Shown: positions 13,554 through 28,452 of the stretch, piece after piece
Numbering within the stretch: position 1 is the stretch's first letter
How the letters are laid out: every line of letters begins with the position of its first letter
Assembly (NCBI GenBank): GCA_012295275.1
Contig: CM022669.1
Span: 11,470,001 to 11,534,000, forward strand
DNA from: Chrysomallon squamiferum
Taxonomy: Eukaryota > Animalia > Mollusca
Reading direction: 5' to 3'
Length of the DNA stretch: 64,000 nucleotides
The notes under the pieces: model-generated
Told to the model about the DNA's origin: nothing
What the model saw: the letters and a program-made list of their open reading frames with translations, nothing else
Databases searched by the model: none
Translations under genes and position numbers: made by a program

Positions 13554-15697
13554 AGATTCTCTCTATTTTCTTTTCTTTCTTTTTTACCTTTTTTTTCCCC
13601 CCTATATAACCAAGAAAGCCAATTCTATGTTAACTATTTTAAAGAAACGCAGTTAACAACGATGTCTGATATGTTTTCTCTAGCACCTTTCAACTTGTTT
13701 CCCGGCCCTGTTAAAAACATAGAACATGACAGATTGAGCGGATCCCTTCAAGTTCTGTTTTTTTCTTCTTCTTCTGATGGAGAAGCCTCTGTGATGGAGG
13801 CTAGCTGACTCCGCGCTGGAGCTGTCAAAAAATCAGTGCATGCCTAGTTAAAGCGTGCACGTGTTAAACCGAACACGAGAACCGCAGTAACTAATAGCTG
13901 GCTGGTGATCCGGTGTGCGTGGCTATAAAAGAGAAGCATTCCGCACCTTGGCATTTCATTAATTACATTTTAAACTGCTTCGCTTCGCCTGGATCTATTG
14001 TTGGGCTGATTAACTGTAAAGAAAGATTGTTTTCTCTTACGTTTTTTTTATTGTTTTATTGTTTTTCTTCTTTTTTTTTTTTTTTTTCTTTTTCCTTTTC
14101 CTTTTATTTCTTCTTCTTTTACTTTTTTTTTTTTTTTTTTTTTTTTAATGTTATTTAGGTTTATTTTTTTTTTTCTATTCTTTTTTCGTTTGTTTCATTT
14201 ATTTTTTTTTATATTATTTCCTTTTTCTTTCTTTTAAATTATTATTTTTTTTTTATTTCTTCCTTTATTTTCCATTTAATTTTTGTTTTTCTTGTTTTTA
14301 TATTTTTTAAATGTAGTAGGTTTTTTTATTAATTTTTTTTTCTAAATTCTTTTATGTCCTCTTTTTTAATTTATCCTTTAGCTTGACGAAATTTCTTCCT
14401 CTTTTTATGGGGTCGGTTCATTTCTTGGTTTTATAATTTTATGTTGCATCCATATTATATTACTTTTAATCATTATGTTTTTGGTCAATTTTAATTATAT
14501 TATACATTCAAGAAATGCTTAATCTTTTTTATAATTTTTCTATTGATTTTAGATTTTTTTTTTCTTGGTTTCTTTCTTTAATTTTTATTAATATTTTTTT
14601 ATTATTATTATTTGTATTTAAGTTTTTGTTTGTTTGCTTCTTTTGTCTAAAATTATTGAAATTGTTTTTTTTTTTTTTTATACGGAGGATCTAATAGAAA
14701 AATTAGTCTGTGAATTAAAATTAATTTGTGTTTGTTGTCCGTGCGCGCGCGCGTGTATGTGTGTGTGTTTAATACGTTAGATTGTACACACGTATGAGAG
14801 ATTGCCAATATGGATGTGGGTGTGTTTGCATGCATATTATTTACACTTAATTTCATCCTTGTCATCGAAAATATCGCATCAAAAGAAAAAAACAAACACG
14901 GAGACAACTTAATAACACGCCACATTACACACAAACGCCGCCGATATTTCACAATTTGTGTTTAGTAAGTGTCAACACAAGCTGATGTTATTTAAACAGC
15001 ACTTGTTCTCTGGTGAATAGCATTTAGCACAAAAAAAATGACAGCCGTCGTCATTAACGCCGTCTACGCGTGTTTGCACTTACTGTCGCCACTGTTCAAA
15101 ATGACGACATCATTTTTGCACGTACTTTTGTCATTGCGGAAGTGGTTTAATCAAATTAATGCGTTGTTTTGTGCAATTTCAGGGGGATATTTCTGAGTCC
15201 AGCTGTTAACATCAGAAACACCCATTTGATAGTCTAGTAAACTTTCGAGCTGTCAGACGTATATAATTTTTTTTTTTTTTTTTTTTTTGGTGTTTTTTTT
15301 TTAATGCCAAATATCTGTGGTTGAATGCAGTGCATGCCATAAATGTTTTTGGCAAATATGTGTTATTATCATCATCATGATCATTAGACATTAGAGATAT
15401 CACAGAGTCCATGAAGGATATTTATTATTATTGTTGTTGTTGTTGTTGTTGTTACTGTTGTTGTTACTTTTTATTATATTATTATTTTTGATGTTATTAA
15501 TATTTTTGTATTGTTATTATTCTTGTTTTTATTATCATTTTTATTATTATTATTAATATTTATAGTACTGTTATTTATTAAGTTTATTATTATTAACATC
15601 ATTATCATCATTATTATCATTATTATTATCTTGTTGTTGTTGTTGTTGCTATAAAAACTATATTACTGTTTTTATTACTATTATTATTGTTGTTGTT

Positions 15698-15742
<45 letters not shown>

Positions 15743-16472
15743 GCTATAATTATCATTACTACCATCAATAAAGCTTTAAACAAATTAAGCTTTAATCGCC
15801 AAACTGAAATCATGGATCTGCTACTGACAGAGTAGAACAAACATGGTTATAATTTATTTTGTTTTCAGGCCATAGATACCAGTGTTGACACGATGTGGGA
15901 ATTGAAGCTTTCAAACCACACCCTCTACCGGCACACTGATATCTCTGTTACTCATTGTCTGATGATAGAATTTTCTGTTGAATAACAAACCTCTGTTTTA
16001 TACATTAAAAAAAACGTAATAGTAATAATAATGTAATTATTATCGCTATTATTGTGAAATCTTTGTAAATGTAATGTTTGTATTAAGTAGGAAATTATTA
16101 ATATTATTACTGTTGTTGTTGTTGTTGAAGTTATTGATTTTGTAATTATCGTCTAAGAAAGCAAATCAGTATGTAATTATTTTCAACATAAATATAATGA
16201 CTGCATATGCTTTAACGCTTCATAAACATAACAATGGTATGTTGATGTATACATACACAAAAAAATCATATGTACGTTATTCAGGTATGTAAATATATTC
16301 ATCTCGTATAACATAAACACATACATTATGCTTAAACACAGACACAGACACAGAGACATCATATTCATACACACAAATACAAATACAATATACCATATAT
16401 AAACATATACATGACACATACATGCACACAAATACATATATTACACATCTTACATATACAAATACTGACACA

Positions 16473-16530
<58 letters not shown>

Positions 16531-16791
16531 ACACTAATTCCTAACGAGTGAAAACTACTGCCTATAAATCCCTGAAAAAAAGAAGAAAATAAATTCTCCC
16601 GCGTACTGAAGATCTGTGGCCACATTAGCCAAATACGAATGCTTGGCTTGTGGAAATGCTGTGTATGAATGGGCATTGGAATGTTTGTTATTGTATTGTT
16701 TTAGGAATGGGAGATTGTGATAAGAAAGAGCCGAGGTTCTGTAGGAAATAGATCAGACACTTTGGCTGCAGTCAGTATGGCTAGCATTCAG

Positions 16792-17030
16792 GAAACACAA
16801 ACTTTCACAAATATCAAGTTCTGGTGTGAAGTTTCGTTTGTGTTTGCAAATCTCAGTATTTGTTCTAAATAATTACACGAAACAAAAACTTTCATAAACA
16901 TAAAGTTCTGGTGTGAAGTTTCGTTTGTGTTTCCAAATCTCAGTATTTGTTCTAAATAATTACACGAAACAAAAACTTTCATAAACATAAAGTTCTGGTG
17001 TGAAGTTTTGTTTTTGCGTTTCTAAATCAC
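16792..17030 (+). repeat. 87-bp tandem repeat x~2.7
   Basis: CTGGTGTGAAGTTT at 16821, 16908 and 16995. Confidence 0.92.
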
Positions 17031-18057
17031 AATGTTTGTTTAAAAGAATGAAAAATGCATTCCTGAAATGATGTTTGATTAGTAGATCAAAATACAGGAC
17101 ATTTGATATTTTTAACAACAAAAAACGTACAGGTATGTTAAATATATATATGTATGTATGTATGTATGTGTGTATGTATCTAAATGTATATGTGTGTGTG
17201 TATATATATATACACATTTAGATACATACACACACATACATACATACATATATGTGTGTGTGTATGTTTGTATATATGTGTGTGTATACACAGATTTATA
17301 TATGTATGTATGTATTACAACAATTTGAAAAAATAATTAAAGAGATTGTTACTTTGTGTAGTTTTACTTCTAACATGAAAATTACTTTTCAACTTTCCCT
17401 CTTTCTCTCTCTTTCTTTCTTCTATTGTTTTTTTTAATAATAATTTAATTTTTATTTCATTTACTTGTTTGTTTATTTATTTATTTATTTACATTATATT
17501 ACAATTATATTTATCAATATTTGTTTCTTTCATGATCTGTTCATCGTATTCTCAGTTTTTTTATTTGTTTACTTTCAACCCACTTTACCTTCCAACTGTG
17601 AATTTATATCGTTTAATCACTTCAGCGAAAAATATTTTTATCAAAACAGTTATCAACAATCTTCAAGTACAAATAATAAACGTGTCATTAAAGAAAATTA
17701 ATATTTTCTTGTAGAACATTATTGATTAAATAATAATGAATCTTTTTACTGTAGCAGATTAAATAATATATCAAGGTGACTTAAGGACAGTATATTAATA
17801 ATTTTATTTTTCACATAATATTGATCAGAGTTGGCTGGGTAAAATTTCTTTTCAGTTAGAATATTTATGTGCATTTTATTATATGTATATATATATAGAC
17901 ACGCATAAACCCACCCACAGATACAAATAGATATACTGAAGAAAAAAAGAAGATAATAATCAAGTTAATTCAAGAAATTAATAAAATATATATATATATG
18001 TATGTATATTTTAAATGCAATAGAATTTGAAGCAGAATATTTATTATATTTATGATT

Positions 18058-18088
<31 letters not shown>

Positions 18089-21000
18089 TTTCTTTTCTGT
18101 TCGGTATATTTTGAGAGAATTAAAATGGTATTAGATTAAAAAATATAAATGTTTCATTAATTACAGGATAATAAGATATTTTAAATCATACTTGAATTTT
18201 TAATTCAAATGTGGTATCACTATCAGCATGATCATTACTGTCATTGCCTTAGTATCATCATCAACACTCTTACTGTTATTATCATCATAACTATTATATT
18301 AATATTCTTATAATTAATTACTACTAATAATTGTTTTTGTTGTCATCATTATTATCATTCTACTAATCATTATTAGAATTATCTTAACTGATGATGATGA
18401 TGACGATTATTATTATTATTATTGTTACTATTGTTGTTGTTGTTGTTGTTGTTCTTATTACTCTTGTTGTTGTGGTGATGGTGGTGGTGGCGGTGATGAT
18501 GGTCTTTTGTTTTCTAGTTACAACAGAGATAAAAAATCTAAAATTATATAACCAAGAACTGTTTATTTCTTTCACTCCACTGTTGAGTGTGTTTTCTAAC
18601 AAACACTGACTGCAATACAAGCAACCACCACGACCAGAGGTACATTTCATAAAGTATCAACATTTACGAAACATTCTTGTTATCACGGGAATGCTTTGAA
18701 GCCAGCATTGCGGAGATATGTTTTAAAATATCACAAAAAGCTGAAGGCAAAATATTCTCCTCGACCGTACTTCTGTGTTGTTGTGATTTCAGAGGTCAAG
18801 AAAAGCAAAGATTTGTAAGACAAACAAGTTATAAAATGTTACTGGTTCATGAGCAAACGTACATCTGTGAATGGTACAGATTCTGTGTGGGTTTTTTTCT
18901 TTTTTTTTTCTTCTTCTTCTTCTTTTTTTAATAGTAAATATCACATATAAATCGTATGTAACACAGATAGGTGGGTTATGTATGATACTGTTCAAGTCTG
19001 GTGGCAGAAAAGTGATGGATGTGTAGATTAGATTCAACTAACAAGTGATTATTATGAAAAGAATGACGTCATGTGGTAACTTGACTTTAAATGAGTTATA
19101 ATTAACACACCCACCAGTTTCTAGTTTCACTCATGATATTCTAAATGAAAAATGTTATACCAACATACATAATTTCCCATTCTAGACACTGTAAATAAAG
19201 GCAAACCTTTATGAATTTGCACTAACTTATTTATATTGAAAAAAAAAAAAAAAAAAAGTTTTAAAGCTTCCCTAAAAAATAAAAATAAAATAAAAAGTAA
19301 TAATAATAATAAAATAATAAAAAATAACGACAACTAATTTCCTTATATTAGCAACACAGTTCAGAAGAATTCTTTCATTATCAAACAACTTTGATTCCTT
19401 TCATTAAAATATTGAAATTCATTTGATTCTTTTTAAGACATCTTTTGGCCTTTGTTTGCAAAACAAGAATATTTCTGCTCTATAAAGCTTTCTGGTAAAA
19501 TACAATGTCACTGCACTCTAAGCCGTGTTTACATCACAGTGTAAGGACATGACTAAATCGGTGACTGATTTTTTAAACAACTAACGTAGTTAACCTGCGA
19601 TCCATCCTTGTTAGTTATCTGGTATTCTTCAGTCCAGCCCTCTGACATTCAGTCCATCCGTTTGTTTCTGTCTTTCGTCAAGCAGACCAGTGTTTAAGTG
19701 ACCCGATTATTGATTGTCCACGTCATGGAGAGCTAGCTAGAATGGGAAAATAGTATAAGAAGGAAAGATCCTAAGCGTTAGTATCTTGGTCAAAAAATTT
19801 TCAGTTCACAGTTACTAGTGTAAAATAAAAAAGAGAACGTCACAAATTTTCAGTACAACATTTAATTTATTGACTGGATTTTTAATATCTTCAATGTACT
19901 TCAAGAGTTCAGACATTTTATTTACATATAAAAGTAGGTTCACTAATTCGGTGACAGTTCTGTGTTTGCAGAAGTGAGATAATTAAATCAACCAATCAGA
20001 GCAACGCATCAAGACGTCTGCTGAATTCACGTTTCCGCAAGTGTCATTCCGTGACGGAAGATTCACGTTCTTGAAGATTATTAAATTTTCGGTAAATAAA
20101 AGCTAAGTCAGTTAACACGAAAGAAACAAGATTTGATAAAATTTGGCTCTTCATATTTTTATACCAAGTTTAACAAGTGTCTTTAAATAAAAAGTTAAAT
20201 ATTATAATCTGGAATTAAAAACTGAAGAAAGACGTTTTATTTTTTCAGTCTGATATTCTATTTAAGTTTTTTTTTTTTTTTTTTTTTTTTTTAAATATTT
20301 TGAAACAAAAGAATAATTAAAGAATATAACCAAAGAAACCAGATTTGCAGTAATTTTTATACTTGTTAACTTTTGAAAAGCAGTTATTTATTTGTTGTTA
20401 TGTTGTTGTTTTTTATGATTGTTTTTTTTTTGGGGGGGGAGAGGTGTTTTTTTGTTGTAAATTAAATTATAATTAAGCATGCAAATTAATTGATAAATAA
20501 TACAGTTTTTATAGAAAAAACTATTGAAAGAAAAAATATTTTTCCTTCATTAGTTCTAATAATCATCAAACTTAGAATGCTTTTAAAAAAGAATCTAGAA
20601 ATTAAATAGAATTTTGTCGAAGAGAATAATGTTAAACATTTTATAAAAGGTTTCATAGTAACAATGATAACAACAACAATAATAATAAAAGTAACAAAAA
20701 TAATAATGAAAATATTACTTTGTATTAGACAGTGAAGTGAGAACAATAAATCTTTTTTATAATAACAACAACAAAAAAACATCAACAGTAAAAATAACAA
20801 CAACTAAAACATTAATAGATAAAACAAAAATTAAAAAAATTAAATTCTATCAAAAACGCAACAAAATATAACCTCAAAACAACAAATTACAAAAGACAAC
20901 CAACGTTTTTGTTTTCTATGATTTTTTGTATTCTATATTATTGTCTAGAAATACCTGTAAATTCTCAGTTACCTATTTGTTCTTAATCTTTGTTTTTACA

Positions 21001-21210
21001 GACCTTCACCTTCAATTTGACCTACTTTAAATATTCTACTCATCAGTGATCATTTAAAAAAAATAATAATAATTTATCATTATTATGTTGTTGTTTCTGT
21101 GTTTTTTTCTTTTTTTTTTTTTTTTTTTGTTATACATATTTTTTTTTCTCTCTCTCTCTCTCTTTTTTCCTAACAAATATTTGTCTGCAGCATGCGGTAA
21201 AACAAGATAT

Positions 21211-22230
21211 ATCATATTTTCTGTTTGTGCTTTCATGTTATTGTTTTTGGCAGTACACTTTACATCTATTATTTCATAACCTACTAAAAAAAAAAAAAAA
21301 AAAATCTCAGTGTTGTTTCCATGGAGAGAGGATATATTCACACTTCATAAAAGATGTCTGAATCTGGAAAATGTCTTGTCAGTTCATTCAGATCTGTGTT
21401 TCTTCTGTTTAACTTAATTTTCTTGATTCTTGATTCTTTAAAATAAATTGGCCTACAACTGTTTTCTGTTTTAAAATATTTTTAAACACACACACTGTGG
21501 ACGTTTTTTGTGTTTCTTCACACTGTGGACGTTTTGAAAGGTGTGTAACACACACACACAGACAGTGGACGTTTTTGTAAACACACACACAGACAGTGGA
21601 CGTTTTGAAAGGTGTGTAACACACACACACAGACAGTGGACGTTTTGAACACACACACAGGTGGACGTTTTAGTAAAATTACTTTCACCACTGTGGACGT
21701 TTTGAAAAGGTGTAACACGTATTTACGTTTTCAACTGATGCAAAACCCAGATATGTAAATTTACCGACATATTGTATAAAAACTGAAATCTCCGTTTTGA
21801 TGAAAGTGGTTTTTTTCTCTCCCAGTGGACGTTTTGTGCTGGACAAAAGTGTTTAAGACACAAGACACAGTGGACGTTTTGAAAGACACACACACTTTCA
21901 CCAGCGTATTTATCTCAACTGATGCAAAAACCCAGATATGTAATTTACCGACATATTGTATAAAACTGAAATCTCCTGATGAAATGTTTTTTTTCTCTCC
22001 CAAGCTTTGTGCTACAAAAGCTTTAAGATAAGCAGACGCATACAGCAGCTACATCTTGTCTCAATTAATAATGGTGAAAATTAATACAGGTAATTACGTA
22101 ATTTTATTTCAGATTAATTTTACAACCTGACACACACTTTCTTCTGGCAGCAATTGATGAAGAAAATTCTCTGAACTGTTTTCTTGCTAACACTTTATCC
22201 AATTAAGGTTCAAGCAAGTAAACCAGGTGA
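21211..22230. repeat. Left arm of long inverted duplication, with degenerate 40-bp satellite
   Basis: 21211-21460 is the reverse complement of ~29815-30068. 21895-22230 is the reverse complement of ~28453-28787 with only a handful of substitutions. Confidence 0.93.
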
Positions 22231-23663
22231 TTAATTGTATATCTCTGTCAGAGGTTAAAATGAAGGAGAACACATTCGTGCACCGACACAGTGCTGTATG
22301 TACTTGATATTGTCAGTACAAGACAGTACACACCATGACCTTTCTTTGTGGTTCTTGAAAAACATATACCAACATAAAAAACAAGGCACATACACGATCG
22401 ACACAAAAAACATTTACTGATTGTAATTATAGTGCATTAATGAACTTAATGTGTATGTTATTTTATAATTGTCTTTCGCCTTTGATGGATGATTTGCTAA
22501 GAAAGATAAGAATAAATAGTTAATATTTAAGAAAAAAAACAATTAATATTTGAATATTATAAATGGATTTGGTTCAGTGATATCCGAAACAAAGAACCTA
22601 CCACTACCTCTGTGCAATAAATAGTTAACACGTCAGCATATTTTATGTGTGTGTGGGTGTGTGTCTGTTTTTTGTAACAGAGAATCTGCCTCCAGGCTAT
22701 GAAATTAATTAATGTTTAACATCTCAGCACATTTTAATCATTAATTTTGTAAAATGCTAGACGAGTGGTTTTTTATACAACAGATAAAAATAACGAGACG
22801 GGAAATCAACAAAGTTTATCACTGCCCATTGTGTCAGATTTTTGATTATCGCATTTTAATGTCAGGAAACATCTTGATGCTTATTCACGTAATTCTTCAA
22901 ACAATTAACAGCTTTACACTTTCATATGCACCTTCCTACAGACAGGAAAAAAAAACATGCCACAGTCTTGCTAAGCAGTTCTGGGTGGTGACTTTGAAAA
23001 AGAAATACTTGCAATCTGTAATCCCAGATATTAAAAAACCAGTGCTCCAACCAATGAACCATAGTCAACATTCGACTTTTATAAATAATTTTCAATAGAA
23101 AAACTTACTCCTTTTTCACTAAAAAGCAGCCATAGGTGACTGGCTGGAACGGGGAAAGTGAAAAAAAAGGATTATAAAAAATCTGGACCCATAACCATGT
23201 TCTTCTGTGTTCTGTGCCAAGCCCTCGCCTGCTCAGTGCTTGATGTCTGTCAGCTCACCACGGGCAGAGCAGAGTACAAATAAACGTCACGCACTAACAT
23301 ACGCCAGAGATATCAGTTTTCTTTATTAAAATATACATTAACAGTTATCACCACGATCATTTCTGAAATTAGCACTGACATCAAAAAGAAAGCAGTAGAA
23401 CTGCAATACTTTGAAAACTCAGCAATATATTAACAAAAAAATACATTAAAAATGTATTATTTACAAGTAGAAGATTATAGTATATATTTTTTTTATTTAT
23501 TAATGCACTATAATTAATAACCCCCCCTACAACACCAAGCAGTCTACATGCTTTGGAAAAGTTATTGTTCTATTAATAGTAAGATATAGGAATGTATTAT
23601 GCAGACAATATCTGTGGAATGTGATGATAACAAGAAGAAAAACAGAACCAAACATTTTAGTGC

Positions 23664-23794
23664 TTTATTAATATCAGATATGTTGAGATATGTATTTTTT
23701 ATATTCTTTATTAATATCAGATATGTTGAGATATGTATTTTTTATATTCTTTATTAATATCAGATATGTTCAGATATGTATTTTTTATATTCTT
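23664..23794 (+). repeat. 43-bp tandem repeat x3
   Basis: ATATCAGATATGTT at 23671, 23714 and 23757. Confidence 0.92.
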
Positions 23795-23996
23795 ATATGC
23801 TTTCATATTTATTTGAAATTTAGTATAAAATATTCCTTTCTGTGAGTAAGGAATAATGTTGTAGCAATGGCATACCTCTAAATGGAATTACACAAATCAC
23901 AAAATTTACACGAAATAACTATTAATATAGAATCATTTTAGACGGTATAACGAAACACGATGCAGGCCAAAAAACGAGAAAATAACTGATTCTTTG

Positions 23997-24084
23997 AACA
24001 CAACACACACAAACACACACTCGAAAACACACACACACACGAAACACACACACAAAAACAAACACACACACACACACACACACG

Positions 24085-24150
<66 letters not shown>
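23997..24150. repeat. Interrupted (CA)n microsatellite
   Basis: Directly visible. Confidence 0.95.
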
Positions 24151-24152
<2 letters not shown>

Positions 24153-24311
24153 TATATATTACTGCAGCTTGTTTCACATAACATTTAAGCTTACACTGCA
24201 ACCACTGTTCCACTGAACGATACAGTCTACTCCGGTGTCACTTGATGTAACAACTGAGGTAAAATACGCGCAGCTGCTATCAGATTAACACCAGATGATC
24301 AAATAGCACAC

Positions 24312-24369
<58 letters not shown>

Positions 24370-26219
24370 ACACGTGTATTACGTTTGTTTACTTACTCTC
24401 AGAATAACGGTAAAGGTAGACAGGAATTTCCGAGGTGATTTGTCAACCCTGTTAATGAAAATTTAAAGATGTCAGATGGTCAGAAAATCACAGGATGATA
24501 TAGAAATAAAATATTTTTTTTTTTTTTAAAAAGGAAAAAAAGAAAGATAAGAAAGGAAACCAAAAAAATAAAAAAGAGCAAAGCAGGAAACATCGAGAGA
24601 TTTGACAAACTGAAAGATTTTCAGTAATTTGTTTCTGTAGCTGAATTAAATGTCTGTGTTTGGCGTCTATTTGTCTGTCTGTGTGTCTGTTAGAGATTAT
24701 TTTAAATAGTTCAACAGGCAGAACAAAGAGAATTTGGTATATATAATTAATTTTTATATTACGAATAATGAAAAAAAACAAAAATAACAAGATGGCTAAA
24801 TACATAAATTTGAACCGTTACAGGGAATTACAATTCCATATCTTGAATGTAAATAATACCTTTATTTGAATGTTTCAGATATTTGATAGTTTTTGTACAT
24901 GTACCTTGCACGTGTTAATATGTGCAGACATAGTTGTTATCAACAAACATTGAATTGATATCAGTTATAAAAAATAAAAATAAAATAGATTTTATAATTA
25001 CATAAAACGTATGTGTATATGTTCTGTGTATTTAGATTATAAATATTGTTGAAAGCAATACAGAAATAATAACTACCAGTACTACGCCACTGTACTTAAA
25101 TCAACACACTGTCCACATTAGATGTTACGTATCCTCGGCTCTGTGGAATGTTATAAACTCTATTTCATGCGCTATACGGATTACTACACATCACGATAGA
25201 CATACCACGCGTATTGCACGCTACCCGTTTTCATTCACCGACCCAAGTCTTGCAGGTAGCTGATACAGAACAAAAACTATGTCGGCACGATGCCAGTTTA
25301 GTCATTTGGCTGAATGTGAGAGGGTATAAGAGGACTGCCACACTTCCAGCAGTCAGCTGTAAACTCGTCTGTGTAAACTGTTGCGACAAAGAGGAGAAAA
25401 CGTCCGACTGTTCTTGAAACTGTGATGTAACTTCTCCAGTGTTTGTGATTACAGTCAGTAGATGCATGTACGAACGGAACATGTAAGATCAATTACAGTC
25501 ATTCTCCTCCCAGTAATTCAATAACGGCAAGAAAATTTAAAGCAGAAATTACCCGTCAGGGTTGTTTTATAAACAAAGACGCTGACTTTTTCTGTCACGA
25601 CTGGAGCAGAACTGGCTTCCAAGGTCGCTGATGTGTCCATGATTATACTCGTGACTGAACCATCCTCTGATGGAACAATGCTGAAAATTACCTCGAACAA
25701 GTTGTTCCCGTTTTGTAAACTATATTTACTATTTATTTACTATTTACGTGATATGTAACTTGACAATATATACCTTATATTTAGAGTATAAGATGGCATA
25801 ATTATTGCTTAAAACAAAAGAAAAGAAAAAAAAGAAAGAAAGAAAGACAAATGGTAAGAATATGGTAATGGAAAATCATATTAATGTCCCACTGTTGTAA
25901 CTTCAGGAAAACAAATTTCTTTTCGTTATCAAAAATATATTTCATTTTAGCCTGGATGAGCTGTATTTGGGTACTGGGAGAACAGGATTGAAAGATGATG
26001 AATAATGGGACTGATTTCCTGTTCTGATCAATACTCATTTTTATCAAACGATTTTCCTGCCAACGGGAAAGTGCATGCAAAACATCTAAGGCTACTTATC
26101 AATACAAAATGCTCAAAAACAATCAAAAATTAAATAAATAAATAAAAATATACATATGTATGTGTGATTCTCTATATAATGATATATATTTTCTTTTCAT
26201 AATTTTTATTTATATTTAC

Positions 26220-26250
<31 letters not shown>

Positions 26251-28452
26251 TTCATTTTACGCTATTGTTATATAATAAATAAATATTAACAAAAATTATG
26301 AAAAAAATATGATAATAATCATTATCCATAATCCAGTAGCTTAAAATTAAAATGACTAAAGATGTCATTTAACAATATTCTTTCATTTATTCTTTGCAGC
26401 CTTGTTCTCAGTTTTTACAGCTGTCTTTGACCTAATGAAATAATAAATGGATGACATGCAGAGATCATTTTGTTTCAATTCTGCTTGCATAATACGCAAT
26501 AAAAATTCAAATTACTGACGCAATAAAGAGAGATTAAGACAGAAATTTGCAGGATATTTCCGATATTGCAACATGATGCAAAATGCATGTAATCTGCGTG
26601 TCCATTGGCCAGAGCTGTTTGTAAAAATGACGAATGGATATTGTCACGGCATCGGATTTAAAGTCACAGTGTCATGGAAGAATCAGAATGTTATAACATC
26701 TGATTGGTAATGATTGATTAACGATTCATCATGTAAGAAACGGCAATTTATAGAGGTTCAAATCCGAATGACACAAAGTCGTTGAAAACATTTTTATTCC
26801 AAGTTTATCATCTCTCTTTGAACAAGAAAGAAATCTAGCTAATCCAGAACAAACATTTGCTAGTTAAACCTTAAACTTCTATAATTAGTAAAGTCCTGAG
26901 GCTTTGATCTTGTAAGTTAAAGGAACATTTATTATTTCGGATTTCTAAAATGGAGGTGTCATTATTTGAAGATCGTTTTTATTGATGTCATAGAGTGAAT
27001 TGTCATTCTGCAAAACTGAAGGCAGTTGTGAATGGTACATTTTAATCAAAATCTTGCATCTAAAGAACTTTTATAATTTCTAATAAAAGATTAATTTTTA
27101 TGGTGTAAGTGTCATATTTAAAGATCCTTTTAATTGTCATTCCAGAGAAAATTAACAGAAATCGGACAACAAAGATGAATGTTGTATAAAGTCAATCATT
27201 TTAACGATGATCTCACACTTAAAGACACAATTATTTTTTTTTCGGATTATAACAGTACCGTGTGAATTATATACTCTGAACCATTTCAACCATGCTCTCA
27301 CAGTTATTACTTCTGATTTCTTACTATCTTGTGCATCATAAACTTTCAACCATTTTGACCGTGATCTCACAGTTATTAAGATGATTTCATATTGTCTTTC
27401 GTTATCGTTTTCTGTAGGCCATTTTATCAGCAGTCGGCTTTTATTCACATCCGCCATACACGGAGATTAGTGGTGATACCGTTTCTGTGATTATTTAACT
27501 GGCATTTCAAGACTGACCATCACATGGGATCCTGTCTGAGCTGCGCTAATGCCAGGAGCTGCACACAGACATAAAACAGTCTGACGAGTAAGCCTGGATT
27601 GGGTAACGTGGGTAGTTTACGCCGCACAAACATTTGATAAGTGAACAATAAATAGGGGAGAATCACTCGTTGTAGATAAAACAAACGTCTACCATTTCCA
27701 TTCAGAAGACGGTCTGGGTCTTTCGGTTGAAGTTCAAACGACGAAAAACCCGAGCATTACGTGCTAAAAGGCACAGACTTCACCTGCTACCGCCATAACA
27801 AAGATAATAATAATAAAAAAAAAAAATGAAGATTTAGGTTGAGGAATTAGAATGTAATTTCTAATTTGTCTGTGTACTCAGACAATGAGATGGCTCGGTT
27901 TAGAACATCGTTTGCGTACATCTTCCTCGTGGTAAATGCACTGAATACATCTGCTGGAATTACACAACGTTAGACTGGTAGATGTCTTACACGTACAGCT
28001 TCAGTCTAATGTTCTTTAAAATAGCCGCATACCGCTTTCTACTTTGAATTGTAATTTTGGTTGAAATAGACTCGTACTTCATTGGTTTAAATGTTTAAAA
28101 TAAATTAAAATTGCTTTAAAACATAGACAGTTTGAAAAGAAATATTAATTGTAACTGAACGATGTGTGTGTATGTATGTAATAATAATAATAATAATAAT
28201 AGTATTTATATATATATATAAAAGTTCTAGATTCTTCAACAAAACTGTCGTTTTACTTTTATTACTTTACTAAATTTTAAAAGAGAGCGAGGAACTTTTG
28301 AAACAGCCTGCATAAAAAATATTAACTTGAGTCATATCCCAAGTTTTCAGGATAAATGGTCTTGTCTGTGTATATTACGTAAGTAAAGTATCTGTCAGCG
28401 AAGGTTCTTTTTTCATTCATTTTAATCACTAAATTCTGACATAGACGATTTG

